64,000 bases of DNA from the sequence record PZ386957.1. One strand, written 5' to 3'. The first letter of the stretch is position 1. Every line of letters starts with the position of its first letter. This document shows positions 45,647 to 55,654 of the stretch, piece by piece. This DNA comes from a phage. The notes under the pieces were generated by a model. That model did not search any database, was not told the DNA's origin, and saw nothing but the letters and a program-made list of their open reading frames with translations. Made by a program: the position numbers and the translations under genes.

Positions 45647-45975
45647 TCTGGAAACTTCCCGTAAATGTTCTCTGCCAACATACGCGCATCGCTAATGATA
45701 TCTTTCATGCTATGACCGTAGTGTTCAGCCATTGAGTTGATACAATCAACAAATAAATTATAACGGCGACGGTTTAAGATTTCTTCTCTGTTATAGTTTT
45801 CATACTTGACGGTCGAGTGTGCTTTCTCGATTGCCTTAATCGCTATATTGACTTCATTAATAATGGTTTTAGCATTATATGCGCCACGACGGATCAGGAT
45901 ATTTGTCAATTCTCTTGCAATATCTTGCAATTCTTCATATTCATGTTCAAACATAATCAACCTCTCAAAATACAA
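45643..45975 (-). CDS. hypothetical protein
   Basis: 110 aa ORF. Confidence 0.4.
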   Translation of the reverse strand: MYFERLIMFEHEYEELQDIARELTNILIRRGAYNAKTIINEVNIAIKAIEKAHSTVKYENYNREEILNRRRYNLFVDCINSMAEHYGHSMKDIISDARMLAENIYGKFPE

Positions 45976-45978
45976 TCC

Positions 45979-46311
45979 TTACAGATGAAAACCTGTTACG
46001 ATCACCGCATCGATCATACCGCTAGGGATAAACGGTTCGCCCTCTTTTATTTCAACTTTGAATTGATGCCATTTTGCTAATGCTTCTTCCGGTACACCCA
46101 GCGATTCGGCGTCTGCTTTAGTTTCATCCATAATCCAACTAGGCTGCATGAGGGCATAGTTTACATAGTCCATTTCTGGGGTCATGTCATCAATGTTAAT
46201 ATATTTGCAGTTGACGCGTTTCAGAATTTCAAATTCTTTATCGTCAACCTGTACCATATACAATTCAGTAGTTTCTGGAATCAGTTCCCATACAATCAGT
46301 ACATTTTTCAT
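45979..46311 (-). CDS. hypothetical protein
   Basis: 110 aa ORF. Confidence 0.4.
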   Translation of the reverse strand: MKNVLIVWELIPETTELYMVQVDDKEFEILKRVNCKYINIDDMTPEMDYVNYALMQPSWIMDETKADAESLGVPEEALAKWHQFKVEIKEGEPFIPSGMIDAVIVTGFHL

Positions 46312-46319
46312 AGTTCACC

Positions 46320-46688
46320 TCACTTAACAAAGATTTTCTTTAATGCTTTCAGGATCGTTGCTTCCGGCGCTTCTTCCGGTGGAGGAAGCAATTCTACCAC
46401 TTCCTCTTCCAACTCGATATAGTCTACCAGATATTCTACATAAAATGCAAGTGCTTCCATGAAATTAAATGCTACATCCGATTCACCGCACGCACCAACA
46501 TGCATTGTATAAACATCGCTGCGATCAAGTTTGTGGATACTGCCTAGATAGTTTCGGTTATACCAAACTTCCCACACTTTCAGTTTTCCGGTTTTGGTTG
46601 CTGTTTTATAGTCGGTTTCGTAGTGGTGCAATTGACGTTGCAGGTCATTGATAATAACACATTTTTCGTAATTGTTTTGAATTTCCAT
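46320..46688 (-). CDS. hypothetical protein
   Basis: 122 aa ORF. Confidence 0.4.
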   Translation of the reverse strand: MEIQNNYEKCVIINDLQRQLHHYETDYKTATKTGKLKVWEVWYNRNYLGSIHKLDRSDVYTMHVGACGESDVAFNFMEALAFYVEYLVDYIELEEEVVELLPPPEEAPEATILKALKKIFVK

Positions 46689-46698
46689 GATGTAATCC

Positions 46699-46890
46699 TC
46701 ACTTATCGTTAAGAAGTTCTAAAACTTTCTGTCGTACTTTGTCAATATTAGTTGATTCAAAAACTGTACGGTATCCCCAGCTTTGACCGTATGATCGCGA
46801 GCAATCCCCATATCCCCATTGTTCAACCTGATAGTATTCAAGGAATGGGTGTTGCCGAACTATGATACCATCACGATTAAAAATTACCAT
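46699..46890 (-). CDS. hypothetical small protein
   Basis: 63 aa ORF. Confidence 0.3.
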   Translation of the reverse strand: MVIFNRDGIIVRQHPFLEYYQVEQWGYGDCSRSYGQSWGYRTVFESTNIDKVRQKVLELLNDK

Positions 46891-46912
46891 AATATAATCC
46901 TCATGTCAAAAC

Positions 46913-47206
46913 TTATCTTCGGTTGTAATTCTGCCACTTTCGGTAATACTGCTTGTAAACCTGTTTTTCGTTTTCGCCATCTTTACTATACATGTTATCT
47001 ACCATCAAGTCAATAAGACCTTCCGGTGTCTGGTAGTTACCCGCTCGGATAAGTTCTTTAATTAAAGTGTCCTGATGATCTTTGTATACTACGTTAATGA
47101 TGGTCTTTTCTGCTTTCTTCGTCCCGATCATCCGGTGATTAGCTTTCATTGCATCCCACCAATCTTTTGTGATCTTCATGCTATTGAATTTCATAGTTAC
47201 TTGCAC
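46913..47206 (-). CDS. hypothetical protein
   Basis: 97 aa ORF. Confidence 0.4.
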   Translation of the reverse strand: MQVTMKFNSMKITKDWWDAMKANHRMIGTKKAEKTIINVVYKDHQDTLIKELIRAGNYQTPEGLIDLMVDNMYSKDGENEKQVYKQYYRKWQNYNRR

Positions 47207-47961
47207 CCGTACTGGTCAATGTATGTTCTTGAATAATTTTTATGTACTTCTAAGCGAATCATATCTTGATTATCACGCCACACATAATATTTTTTGTTAT
47301 CCACTTGACCTTCATATTGCATAGCACCATTCTGATGCGTCACGGTTTTTGTTTTTGCTTTATGTGCGTTATAATTATCACGATACACAAATTCAATAAT
47401 TTCCCCGTCTTTTACTTTAAGTTTAAGTTCACCAGAGTTATAACGAGGATAACCAGGGTCTTTAACTACTTTTGTTTCTACCCCGTCGTGGATTTCCCAT
47501 TCATAGTGAACATCGCATTGTAATGTCATATCGCCTGTAAATCCTTTTGGTTTCTCTTCAACCTTCGGTTCTTCCACTACCTTTTCTTCCTGCTTTGGTT
47601 GTTCTTCAACCTTCACAGAAGTCTCTGAATCGCTCTCTGGCGATGTTTCTTCTTTAGGTAATACATTCATCAAGTTTTGGATTTGAGCGTTATACACAGC
47701 TTCCAGTGGCTGAATCTGCCCGATATTGATCATTGTATCACGAACAGTTTTATTCCAGTTGCGTTGCTCTTGTTTCAGAGACGGATCAATCTTAACAGCC
47801 TTAACATATACTTCATGGAGTTTAGAATCCAGTGCGGAGATTGACTCATTAGCACAAATAAACTTCTCTGATTTGGTAGTAGCCTTAGTGCAATCGAAGG
47901 ACGCAGCATTAGCACCGAAAGCAGTAGCAGAAAGAACTATAGCAGCGATAATGTTTTTCAT
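47197..47961 (-). CDS. secreted/periplasmic protein with DUF1311 (LprI-like) N-domain
   Basis: Signal peptide MKNIIAAIVLSATAFGANA; CTKATTKSEKFICANESISALDSKLHEVY matches the DUF1311 pattern; Glu/Pro/Lys-rich linker. Confidence 0.5.
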   Translation of the reverse strand: MKNIIAAIVLSATAFGANAASFDCTKATTKSEKFICANESISALDSKLHEVYVKAVKIDPSLKQEQRNWNKTVRDTMINIGQIQPLEAVYNAQIQNLMNVLPKEETSPESDSETSVKVEEQPKQEEKVVEEPKVEEKPKGFTGDMTLQCDVHYEWEIHDGVETKVVKDPGYPRYNSGELKLKVKDGEIIEFVYRDNYNAHKAKTKTVTHQNGAMQYEGQVDNKKYYVWRDNQDMIRLEVHKNYSRTYIDQYGCK

Positions 47962-48031
47962 AATATATTCCTCAGTGTTTTGTCTTGATGGGAGTATCTT
48001 ACTACTCCCTTAATCCGGTGTCAACTACTTT

Positions 48032-48250
48032 TTAAATTTCTTCTACAGTAAAGTCTTCAATGTTGTTGTGCTCGGAGAACGTTGCCAGACCAGCATCCCA
48101 CGCATCATCCTCAGAGAAGAATACACCATAACGTTCATATCCTTTAGCGCCTTCAAATTTAACCATTAATTTGTGAGTATGTTTCATTTTGATTCTCCTT
48201 CGTTGTCTTGATGAGTTCATTGTAGGGGATCGGCGATCCCCTGTCAACAA
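48032..48250 (-). CDS. hypothetical small protein
   Basis: 72 aa ORF with promoter cassette upstream. Confidence 0.35.
   Translation of the reverse strand: MLTGDRRSPTMNSSRQRRRIKMKHTHKLMVKFEGAKGYERYGVFFSEDDAWDAGLATFSEHNNIEDFTVEEI
48219..48247 (-). promoter_or_regulatory. early promoter with palindromic spacer (TTGACA-GGGGATCgccGATCCCC-TACAAT)
   Basis: Upstream of ORF 48032..48250. Confidence 0.7.
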
Positions 48251-48257
48251 CTATTTT

Positions 48258-48470
48258 TTAATTTTTACCCGCTAGTGCATTAATACGCATTTTCTGAATA
48301 GCCATGATCTGGCTTACTGCTTCTTCTTTACGTTCTTGTGTGATAACGTGACCAGATTCCGCAAACTCCCCCGCAACATCTTCTACAATCTCGCGAACTT
48401 GAGAACGTCCAAAGATGCGGTTTCCTTCGTAGCTCATAAACTCGGTCACTACTTGCTCAATAGATTTCAT
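48258..48470 (-). CDS. hypothetical small protein
   Basis: 70 aa ORF with promoter (palindromic spacer) upstream. Confidence 0.4.
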   Translation of the reverse strand: MKSIEQVVTEFMSYEGNRIFGRSQVREIVEDVAGEFAESGHVITQERKEEAVSQIMAIQKMRINALAGKN

Positions 48471-48529
48471 GATGATTCTCCTTTCGTTTGGTATGGGAGT
48501 ATCTTACTACCGACGACCTTTGGCGTCAA

Positions 48530-48718
48530 CTAATTTTTATGGAATTTTAAATTATTTTCGACCTTCATCCATTCCGCGTATTCTTGCGCGGCTACTTTCG
48601 GATTTAGTCCGTCTTCGTACATTGCATCAAGTAATTCTTCGTCGGTGGGCTTATACCCTAGATAAGCCGCAACCTGATTTTTCCAAATCTTATACCAGTT
48701 CATATTATCACCAATCAA
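48530..48718 (-). CDS. hypothetical small protein
   Basis: 62 aa ORF. Confidence 0.35.
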   Translation of the reverse strand: MIGDNMNWYKIWKNQVAAYLGYKPTDEELLDAMYEDGLNPKVAAQEYAEWMKVENNLKFHKN

Positions 48719-48980
48719 GAGCGCGTGTCTCTGCGTCTTCCCATGCTTGATTCATTACCGCCGTGAAAACATATTCTAAAGTATCATCTTTCGCAAATCC
48801 AAAGATCTTAGACGGGATATCTTCAATTGCTACTCCAGCAACTTCTGCATTACGCGCTTGGCAATAATGCAACTCTAAGTTATCGAGATAACGACCGCCT
48901 AATTTCTCCATATCATCCCAGCATTTCCAATAGCCTACTTTATCTGCGATTGCTAACACTATGCTGTTTTCGTTGTTCAT
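48708..48980 (-). CDS. hypothetical protein (start trimmed to internal Met)
   Basis: The ORF-track N-terminus (HTYRNELGES) is leader read-through; the likely start is MNNENS. Confidence 0.4.
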   Translation of the reverse strand: MNNENSIVLAIADKVGYWKCWDDMEKLGGRYLDNLELHYCQARNAEVAGVAIEDIPSKIFGFAKDDTLEYVFTAVMNQAWEDAETRALDW

Positions 48981-49094
48981 CTTTGATTCTCCTAGTTCGT
49001 TTCGGTATGTGTGTATTATGCAATGTTGGATTCTGGAAGTCAACAACTTTTTTCAAATAAAAAAGCCGACCACAAGGGTCGGCTCAATAATCAG

Positions 49095-49475
49095 TTACTT
49101 GCTAAATTTCTTTTTAGCTTCATCGACTGCATGAGATGCCAGCACCGCCGCCGCATGTGCACTTTTATCTGTGTTACAGAGAACACCCAGATAAACATCA
49201 CGCCAAAGTTTAATCATCTCATAGATCATATCAATATCATTTTCTTGCTTGTTGGCGATGGTATTCGTCGTTATCTGGTACGGTGACGGCTTAACCTGTG
49301 CTGGATCTGCCATCGGGCTAATCGGTGTCGAATCAGTCATAGGCTTTACTTTAAATACGTCATCATACCACGGTTTAACGGTTGTACCGTACAGTTTATA
49401 AGGATTTTTGTCTGGATCAACCATCCATGTATGATGAATATCTAAACCATTTGAAGTAATGCGTCGCTCAGTCAT
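49095..49475 (-). CDS. hypothetical protein
   Basis: 126 aa ORF followed by a terminator hairpin near 49065-49083. Confidence 0.4.
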   Translation of the reverse strand: MTERRITSNGLDIHHTWMVDPDKNPYKLYGTTVKPWYDDVFKVKPMTDSTPISPMADPAQVKPSPYQITTNTIANKQENDIDMIYEMIKLWRDVYLGVLCNTDKSAHAAAVLASHAVDEAKKKFSK

Positions 49476-49681
49476 GTTTTGCCCCCCTCTGATAATTCTT
49501 TCATCAAATTGTCAATCTTTGCTCGGTGTTCTGGTGTGTTTGTTATCTCTGCTAATTTGTTCAGAGATTCAATGGTGATGCGGTTTGCCTCTTCCATCGT
49601 TTCAACAACCATTGGCACGATCTTTTTATTGTTTAATAAGAAAGCGACATACCCACCAACCGGATAATCTTTCATAATCAC
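49472..49681 (-). CDS. hypothetical small protein
   Basis: 69 aa ORF immediately downstream of gene 52. Confidence 0.35.
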   Translation of the reverse strand: MIMKDYPVGGYVAFLLNNKKIVPMVVETMEEANRITIESLNKLAEITNTPEHRAKIDNLMKELSEGGKT

Positions 49682-51036
49682 CCCTTCAATTCTTTAAGGT
49701 CTTTCTTATACTCTTTCAAAGATGTGGTTTTCATCCAATAATCATATTCCTTATGGTGTTTTTCTGCATCTTTGACCAGTCGATCATATTCTTCTTGCGT
49801 TACGCTGTACAGTGGCATAGAAACGAGTTTATCAGCGTACTGGCGCAGTTTTTCGTGTTCCTTGATGGATTGCATTACCTCGGTCTTTTTCTTTCCCTGT
49901 AACGCGATCTCGCCCTTAATTACGCGATCAATAAATTCGGCTTTAGCCATTGCATAATTGTAGGCTTCGAGTGTCTCCGCTTGCATATGCTCAATTCGTT
50001 TATCGACATACCCTAAACGAATCTCGACAAATCGACGAATTAGGTCGCTTGCTTTCTCGAATACCTCTACTCGTCCACGTTCATTAACAACGACTATATT
50101 TTGTGCGACAAGCTGTGTCAGCTTAAAATCTTTCATGATCTGCTCATGTCGATGATCTTCGTTGTCGCTTTTGAAGTAGTCACGTTTCAGAGTAACTTCA
50201 AACCGAAAACCTTCTTTAGAGCACCGATCATTATATGAGACAATAGCGCCTTTTTCTTCCAGTACATCAAGTACAGCGACATAGCTTTCACGGTCAAACT
50301 TATAGGGAACTTCTGTTATTGTCAGCTTAGTTTTGCCGTTTAGTTCATATGTACCCTCTAGAATAACACCATCTCGGTCATCACGCGGGATAACTTTACC
50401 AGTAAATTTCGGGAATTGAACACTAGGTTCTTTATCCAGTTTTCCGGCTAGTGCTAGCTCTGTGCATTCAATAAGGCTTTCCAGTGAATGCGGTAAAATG
50501 TCAGTTTTATACCCTGTAGCAATACCACTAACACCATTAGCTAATACCATTGGCACAACTGGCAAGTAGAACGCTGGCGGAATATGTTCTAAATCTTCGT
50601 GCTTTGGTGCGCATTCCATATCTTTATAGATTTTAAAGAAGTTTTCATGCACACGAGCGAAGATATAACGTGCTGCACCTGCTTTCTGGACTAAACGCGA
50701 TCCAAAGTTCCCTTGACCGTCAAGCAGTGGAGTATTATTGCTCCACGTATTCGCCATGAGTGATCCTGCTTCTACGGCATTAGTTTCCCCGTGGTGATAA
50801 CCTAACTCAGCGACACCCGATCCAATATCTGCCATCTTACGGAATTTCTTACGGTCGCCTTTACTCTTTTGTAAAGCACATTCCATAACAAAGCGTTGCA
50901 CTGGTTTAAGTCCATCTACTAATTGAGGAATACCGCGTTCCTCTGCGGAATAGATCGCATATTCCTTAGCTTCATTATGTACAATGCTTTCAAGGCTGCG
51001 GTAAGTAACTGATTTATTCATCTTCACCTCATACAC
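49678..51036 (-). CDS. 52: DNA topoisomerase II medium subunit gp52 (GyrA-like)
   Basis: 452 aa (T4 gp52 442 aa); GyrA-like N-terminus GLKPVQRFV...; active-site region ...RYIFAR... Confidence 0.8.
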   Translation of the reverse strand: MYEVKMNKSVTYRSLESIVHNEAKEYAIYSAEERGIPQLVDGLKPVQRFVMECALQKSKGDRKKFRKMADIGSGVAELGYHHGETNAVEAGSLMANTWSNNTPLLDGQGNFGSRLVQKAGAARYIFARVHENFFKIYKDMECAPKHEDLEHIPPAFYLPVVPMVLANGVSGIATGYKTDILPHSLESLIECTELALAGKLDKEPSVQFPKFTGKVIPRDDRDGVILEGTYELNGKTKLTITEVPYKFDRESYVAVLDVLEEKGAIVSYNDRCSKEGFRFEVTLKRDYFKSDNEDHRHEQIMKDFKLTQLVAQNIVVVNERGRVEVFEKASDLIRRFVEIRLGYVDKRIEHMQAETLEAYNYAMAKAEFIDRVIKGEIALQGKKKTEVMQSIKEHEKLRQYADKLVSMPLYSVTQEEYDRLVKDAEKHHKEYDYWMKTTSLKEYKKDLKELKG

Positions 51037-51391
51037 GCTTACAAATCACATTCTTTACTTTATCAGATTTATCAGCCCAATCCAATAGCCATTTTAACGG
51101 AAGGATTGACACAATAAACGGGGCAGCAATCAAAGCAAACATGATACACCGGATAATCAAGAAAACGCAAGTAACAAAGCTAGCGATAGTGATCCCGACA
51201 AAACAAAATACCATAGAAAACAGAGTAATGATATAGAAAGGCCAGAATACCCACTCCCGCATCTTAACGCCTTTGTATTCCCTGAATTGCTTAAAATCTA
51301 CAAACAATTCTCGGATAGACGCATACAGGACCGAAAAATCATCTTTCATTGCTCGAAATGAGCAATCTTCTATTTTGGAATGACCTAGCAT
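51029..51391 (-). CDS. membrane protein
   Basis: Two or more hydrophobic helices (WVFWPFYIITLFSMVFCFVGITIASFVTCVFLII...). Confidence 0.45.
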   Translation of the reverse strand: MLGHSKIEDCSFRAMKDDFSVLYASIRELFVDFKQFREYKGVKMREWVFWPFYIITLFSMVFCFVGITIASFVTCVFLIIRCIMFALIAAPFIVSILPLKWLLDWADKSDKVKNVICKRV

Positions 51392-51393
51392 TA

Positions 51394-51687
51394 TTAACCG
51401 CCTTTCATCATTGATACTGGAATTGTTTTCTGATTTGTGTATAAGTGGCCTACTTCAAATTTTTCCTGAATCACCACAACGTTACAATATCCACTGTCTT
51501 TAAGTTTTCTGATAATGTCTCGCTTTTGTTCGTCGGTGATAGGATTGACGGTTCTCACCAATTCACCGCAAATAATAGCACCATCTTTACAATTACCAGT
51601 AACTTTCATGCTACGACCGTGAACAACAACCACATCACCGTAAATCACATTTTCGTCGTCGTATTTGGTAATAATCGTGACCGTCAT
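51394..51687 (-). CDS. hypothetical protein
   Basis: 97 aa ORF. Confidence 0.4.
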   Translation of the reverse strand: MTVTIITKYDDENVIYGDVVVVHGRSMKVTGNCKDGAIICGELVRTVNPITDEQKRDIIRKLKDSGYCNVVVIQEKFEVGHLYTNQKTIPVSMMKGG

Positions 51688-51732
51688 AATGTATTCCCTC
51701 TAAGAAAGGCCGCGCAAAGCGGCCTATGTTGA

Positions 51733-52050
51733 TTATTGTTCTACAGTATAGCCGTTGTTTTCAAGCCATGCAATAACAATCTTTTCACCAATTTCATCGA
51801 GCATTTCATCAGCGCCATATTCTTTAATGAAAGTCGATGGATCGTTATTGCTTACTACGTGCTGAATAACAACATGTTCAGGGATTGCATCTAGCAGTTC
51901 GCTATGATCATACTCATTAACGATATCTTCAACGGTAACATTATTAGCCAGATCCACATCGTCTAAAGTCACCGTAACGCGTCGAGATGTATATACTACC
52001 TGTTCTACTTCAACATGTGCACTTTCGCAAGTGACCTTCATATCAATCAT
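51733..52050 (-). CDS. hypothetical protein
   Basis: 105 aa acidic ORF. Confidence 0.4.
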   Translation of the reverse strand: MIDMKVTCESAHVEVEQVVYTSRRVTVTLDDVDLANNVTVEDIVNEYDHSELLDAIPEHVVIQHVVSNNDPSTFIKEYGADEMLDEIGEKIVIAWLENNGYTVEQ

Positions 52051-52064
52051 AATTAATTCCTCTA

Positions 52065-53066
52065 TTAGTAATGGCTAAAACCTTCGGTTACATCTTCAAC
52101 CACATAGTAACGATGACAGCGCATTTTGGCATTCGCATAATCTTTCGGGATACTTACAACGTGACGCGGATCAACTTTGCATTTAATGATTCGGCCTCGC
52201 CCACCGCCATAGTGCGGAATATAGTGTTTCGCTGCAACGTGGAGGCCATTAGAGCAAGTACGGTCATCATCTGGGTCCACATCTTTACGTTTCATTTTAA
52301 CCGTTCGTCCTGGGCTATTATCAAACGTATGCGTAAAGAAATCTTTATAATCAACATCAACACGTTTCCATGCATAGAAACAACCGTCTTCCACGATCTC
52401 AATGTCGTTGTGCTCTAAGAAGTCAAACAAACGATCTACAGCCTTACGGCTAGGGTTTTTCTTGCACTTCTCAAAGAAGTTCAGATAGTGCGTATATGGC
52501 TTATTCTCTTTAATCGACTCCACAACTCGACGAGTCAGATTATTATCAAGAACAATATTATGATAATACACAATACCATTTTCGATACGGAAAGCACCGT
52601 GATAATATACTTCAACCGCTTTCTTAATGTCAATCAGCGTAATTGCTTTAATGAAATCATTCTGCTTAACTGCCTCCAGTGCTTCATTAAAGTTAACATG
52701 TGATGGATCAGCAGTATAAACAATGTCACCACATGTAATAGTAATAAATTTAGATGAGGCTATTGCTACGATTTTTGAGGAAGTAGTCACGGGCTTTTTT
52801 GCGCGTTCACCACCTTTTCCTTTACTGGTTTTACGGCGTGTTTTACGGTTTTCTAGTGCCTTGCGACCTTCCGCTACTGCGTCTTTCTGAATCAGTAATA
52901 CACGGGAGGCAGTGCGACGAGATACGCCAAATGCTGCCGCAAGTGCTTCGCGGGTAGTAAACTTACCTTCGCCCCACTGTTTAGCCAGTTTGATTTGTTT
53001 TGCAGAGTCCAGACATTGAACGTTACGGTCAGAGACGGTGATTTTTGCTTTAGTCATATTATTCAT
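52065..53066 (-). CDS. rIIB: rIIB-like membrane-associated protein (positional)
   Basis: 333 aa (T4 rIIB 312 aa) immediately downstream of rIIA; HTH-like N-terminal segment. Confidence 0.55.
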   Translation of the reverse strand: MNNMTKAKITVSDRNVQCLDSAKQIKLAKQWGEGKFTTREALAAAFGVSRRTASRVLLIQKDAVAEGRKALENRKTRRKTSKGKGGERAKKPVTTSSKIVAIASSKFITITCGDIVYTADPSHVNFNEALEAVKQNDFIKAITLIDIKKAVEVYYHGAFRIENGIVYYHNIVLDNNLTRRVVESIKENKPYTHYLNFFEKCKKNPSRKAVDRLFDFLEHNDIEIVEDGCFYAWKRVDVDYKDFFTHTFDNSPGRTVKMKRKDVDPDDDRTCSNGLHVAAKHYIPHYGGGRGRIIKCKVDPRHVVSIPKDYANAKMRCHRYYVVEDVTEGFSHY

Positions 53067-53123
53067 TCCTCTATTAGTTGGGCGACTCTCGCCGCCCGAT
53101 TCACATCATTATACCAGAATTAT

Positions 53124-53260
53124 TTTGCTTCTACAACCTTGCGGATTGTGCGGTCTGATACATTATAGATTCGTGCCAGTTCGCCTTTAGTCAAGCCGCG
53201 AGCGTATTGTTTACGGATGGTTTCTTTCTGGATAGCGGTCAGTTTAGTCATAATATCACC
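53124..53260 (-). CDS. small HTH-like ORF (~45 aa) between rIIA and rIIB
   Basis: Hand-translated MTKLTAIQKETIRKQYARGLTKGELARIYNVSDRTIRKVVEAK; starts 3 nt after the rIIA stop; below ORF-track cutoff. Confidence 0.3.
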
Positions 53261-53262
53261 TC

Positions 53263-55371
53263 TTAAAATTTAACATTCTTAACCAGTTTCATAAAGTCTT
53301 GTGCGCGTTTGTCGTTATGTAGAATACGATACCAGTTATCTACAATATCATACAGTAACGGGCTATTCTCTTTAAACTTCGCACAGACTGCTTTAATTCG
53401 TTCGTTTGCTGCCGTGAATTTTTCATCACAGATCTTTTTAGTTTCTTCGTCCATAATCCAACGAGTACGAAGGAGTAACTTGGAAACCTCTTTATTATAA
53501 TGACGACCGTACAGTCTGTCAATAAATTCTGGAATACAGCGTTCTAATTCATCGTCATGATACAGCATAGTGATCACGCCCAGATATTCGCCATACCCCA
53601 GATGGTTGGTCTTAACCTTCTTAGCCAGACCAGCCAGCTTACCGCGAACAAATTCTAGCGCACATTCCAGTTGTTCGTCAACGAGATATTTTTGTGTCTC
53701 GTTACGGGTAATAATATACTTTGTTACCCCGAAGTAGTCAAGCGCCTTGTGTAAGGTATCTTCATTGTAAATCGATTGACGGCTGCGGCTTTCAAATGCA
53801 TCACCTACACGGAACATATGCAAACCGGACAGTTCGCGGATCTCAGCCGCTTTCATGTGATGGCTGGTTTGGTGCCAATCATCACCAATCTTTTCCATGA
53901 TATACACGTTAGGCAGCTTAGGAGTCGTTTCACGCTGTGTACGCTCGGTCTTCTCCGGCTTAACTGCTTTAGCACGCAGATCATCGGCCTCAGACACTTT
54001 AATCACGGTCATTTCCGATTCATCATAATACTGTTTGATATACTCGAAAGTCTCCATGTGTTTTTCGTTGCTCTGACGGAACACCAGTACTTTTTTATTG
54101 ATGCCGTATTCCTGGACCATGCCGTTAAGAGTCAGTGCACGCAATTTCGGTTTATCGGTATCATCAATTACACACAGAATATCTTCTTTATGAATCCATA
54201 CAAAGTGCGTAATGTTGTATTGACTGCTAACGAAAGCAGGGCGCAATTTGCTGATCGTGTGTCGAGTACGATACAGAGTATACACTTGACCTTCTACGTC
54301 ATTAGGTGAATCTTTACCAGCATTCACAAACTTATTATAGATTTCTACCGGGTCATCCCACTGTCCGATCTTACCCATCTTGCTAATAATATTACGTTGA
54401 GTCGATGAATACTCGCTCATAAATTGCGCAAGTTTACGCTCTGTTTTAATGTTGGCGATCTTCTCTTTAACCTTTTCCAACATCATTTCATTGATTTCTG
54501 CAATGCGTTTTTCGATGTTCGCTTTAGTCTCAATTGACAAGTGAACTTCTTCACGCGATGGCATCAGGTCCAGATCACCTAACTCGAAATTGATGTAAAT
54601 GGTCTGGTGCTGGCGGTTTACAGCTTCTAACCATGTCCCGCGAACATATTCATACGGGATCGGATACTGGATCTTACCCATGATTGCATATACCACGTAG
54701 GAATCGTTATCACGTCCATCACAAACATAATAATTATCAAAGCTAGGGAAATAATTAATTTCGATTGCATTGATATTAGGTTTGTGTTCCCCAAAATGAC
54801 GCAGTACAAATTGCGCTTCTCGATGCCATGTCTGAATGTCTTTTTCTTTCACTGGAATAGTGATTTTCAGACCATTGTCTTCATCGGTCGGTTCGTCGAA
54901 AATCTGCACCATTTTCGGCATAGAGTTTTGCACAAATGCCGTAAAGCCATAAGCGCGACCATTGTAATAGTTTACGATTGTAAAGGTGTCGGTGTAGCTA
55001 TACGCAGATTTCGCACCTAAACCAAAAGATCCAATATAATCATTAGTCTGGTCTTTTGTTGATTCAAAGTAAACCGTAAACAGTTTTTCTAATTCCTTCT
55101 TAGATACAATGCCAGTACCATAGTCACGCACAGAGAAATAAGGTTCAATTGCGGTAGGCAAATGAATATCAAACGGACGATCTAAGGTTCCGGCTTCTTT
55201 GTGAGTGTCGGTAGCATTGCATGAATACTCACGGACGCAAGCACGCTCACAATATTGATAAGTGTTCTTAGAAAGCACCATAAAAGCCTTGCTGCTTGCT
55301 TTCAGAGAAAAATCAACCGCACCGCTCAGATCACTGCCAAATACTTCTTCATTATCAATATGCATTTTCAT
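53263..55371 (-). CDS. rIIA: rIIA protein (GHKL ATPase-like N-domain)
   Basis: 702 aa (T4 rIIA 725 aa); GHKL-like motifs E...N.TD.H, DYGTGI, GSFGLGAKSAY. Confidence 0.75.
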   Translation of the reverse strand: MKMHIDNEEVFGSDLSGAVDFSLKASSKAFMVLSKNTYQYCERACVREYSCNATDTHKEAGTLDRPFDIHLPTAIEPYFSVRDYGTGIVSKKELEKLFTVYFESTKDQTNDYIGSFGLGAKSAYSYTDTFTIVNYYNGRAYGFTAFVQNSMPKMVQIFDEPTDEDNGLKITIPVKEKDIQTWHREAQFVLRHFGEHKPNINAIEINYFPSFDNYYVCDGRDNDSYVVYAIMGKIQYPIPYEYVRGTWLEAVNRQHQTIYINFELGDLDLMPSREEVHLSIETKANIEKRIAEINEMMLEKVKEKIANIKTERKLAQFMSEYSSTQRNIISKMGKIGQWDDPVEIYNKFVNAGKDSPNDVEGQVYTLYRTRHTISKLRPAFVSSQYNITHFVWIHKEDILCVIDDTDKPKLRALTLNGMVQEYGINKKVLVFRQSNEKHMETFEYIKQYYDESEMTVIKVSEADDLRAKAVKPEKTERTQRETTPKLPNVYIMEKIGDDWHQTSHHMKAAEIRELSGLHMFRVGDAFESRSRQSIYNEDTLHKALDYFGVTKYIITRNETQKYLVDEQLECALEFVRGKLAGLAKKVKTNHLGYGEYLGVITMLYHDDELERCIPEFIDRLYGRHYNKEVSKLLLRTRWIMDEETKKICDEKFTAANERIKAVCAKFKENSPLLYDIVDNWYRILHNDKRAQDFMKLVKNVKF

Positions 55372-55385
55372 AATATAATCCTCAA

Positions 55386-55643
55386 TTAATTAAACTCTTC
55401 TTTGTCCATTTCTGCGTAGATTACATCCCACGCCCACAAATCAACAAATGCATTATATGTCACTGTGCAATCGTTGTCAATCACTTCTTTCGCATATTTC
55501 TTGATGTTTTGGTAGGAAATTTGCGAATCAATTTTGTGCTTACGAAGGTGCGCATATTCAAACCTCAAGCATTTCATAAACAAATCCATTGATTTCTTGT
55601 CTCTGTTGTGATGCGAGACCATAAAATCAAAACTTCGATTCAT
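55386..55643 (-). CDS. hypothetical protein
   Basis: 85 aa ORF. Confidence 0.35.
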   Translation of the reverse strand: MNRSFDFMVSHHNRDKKSMDLFMKCLRFEYAHLRKHKIDSQISYQNIKKYAKEVIDNDCTVTYNAFVDLWAWDVIYAEMDKEEFN

Positions 55644-55654
55644 TTTTCTACTCC

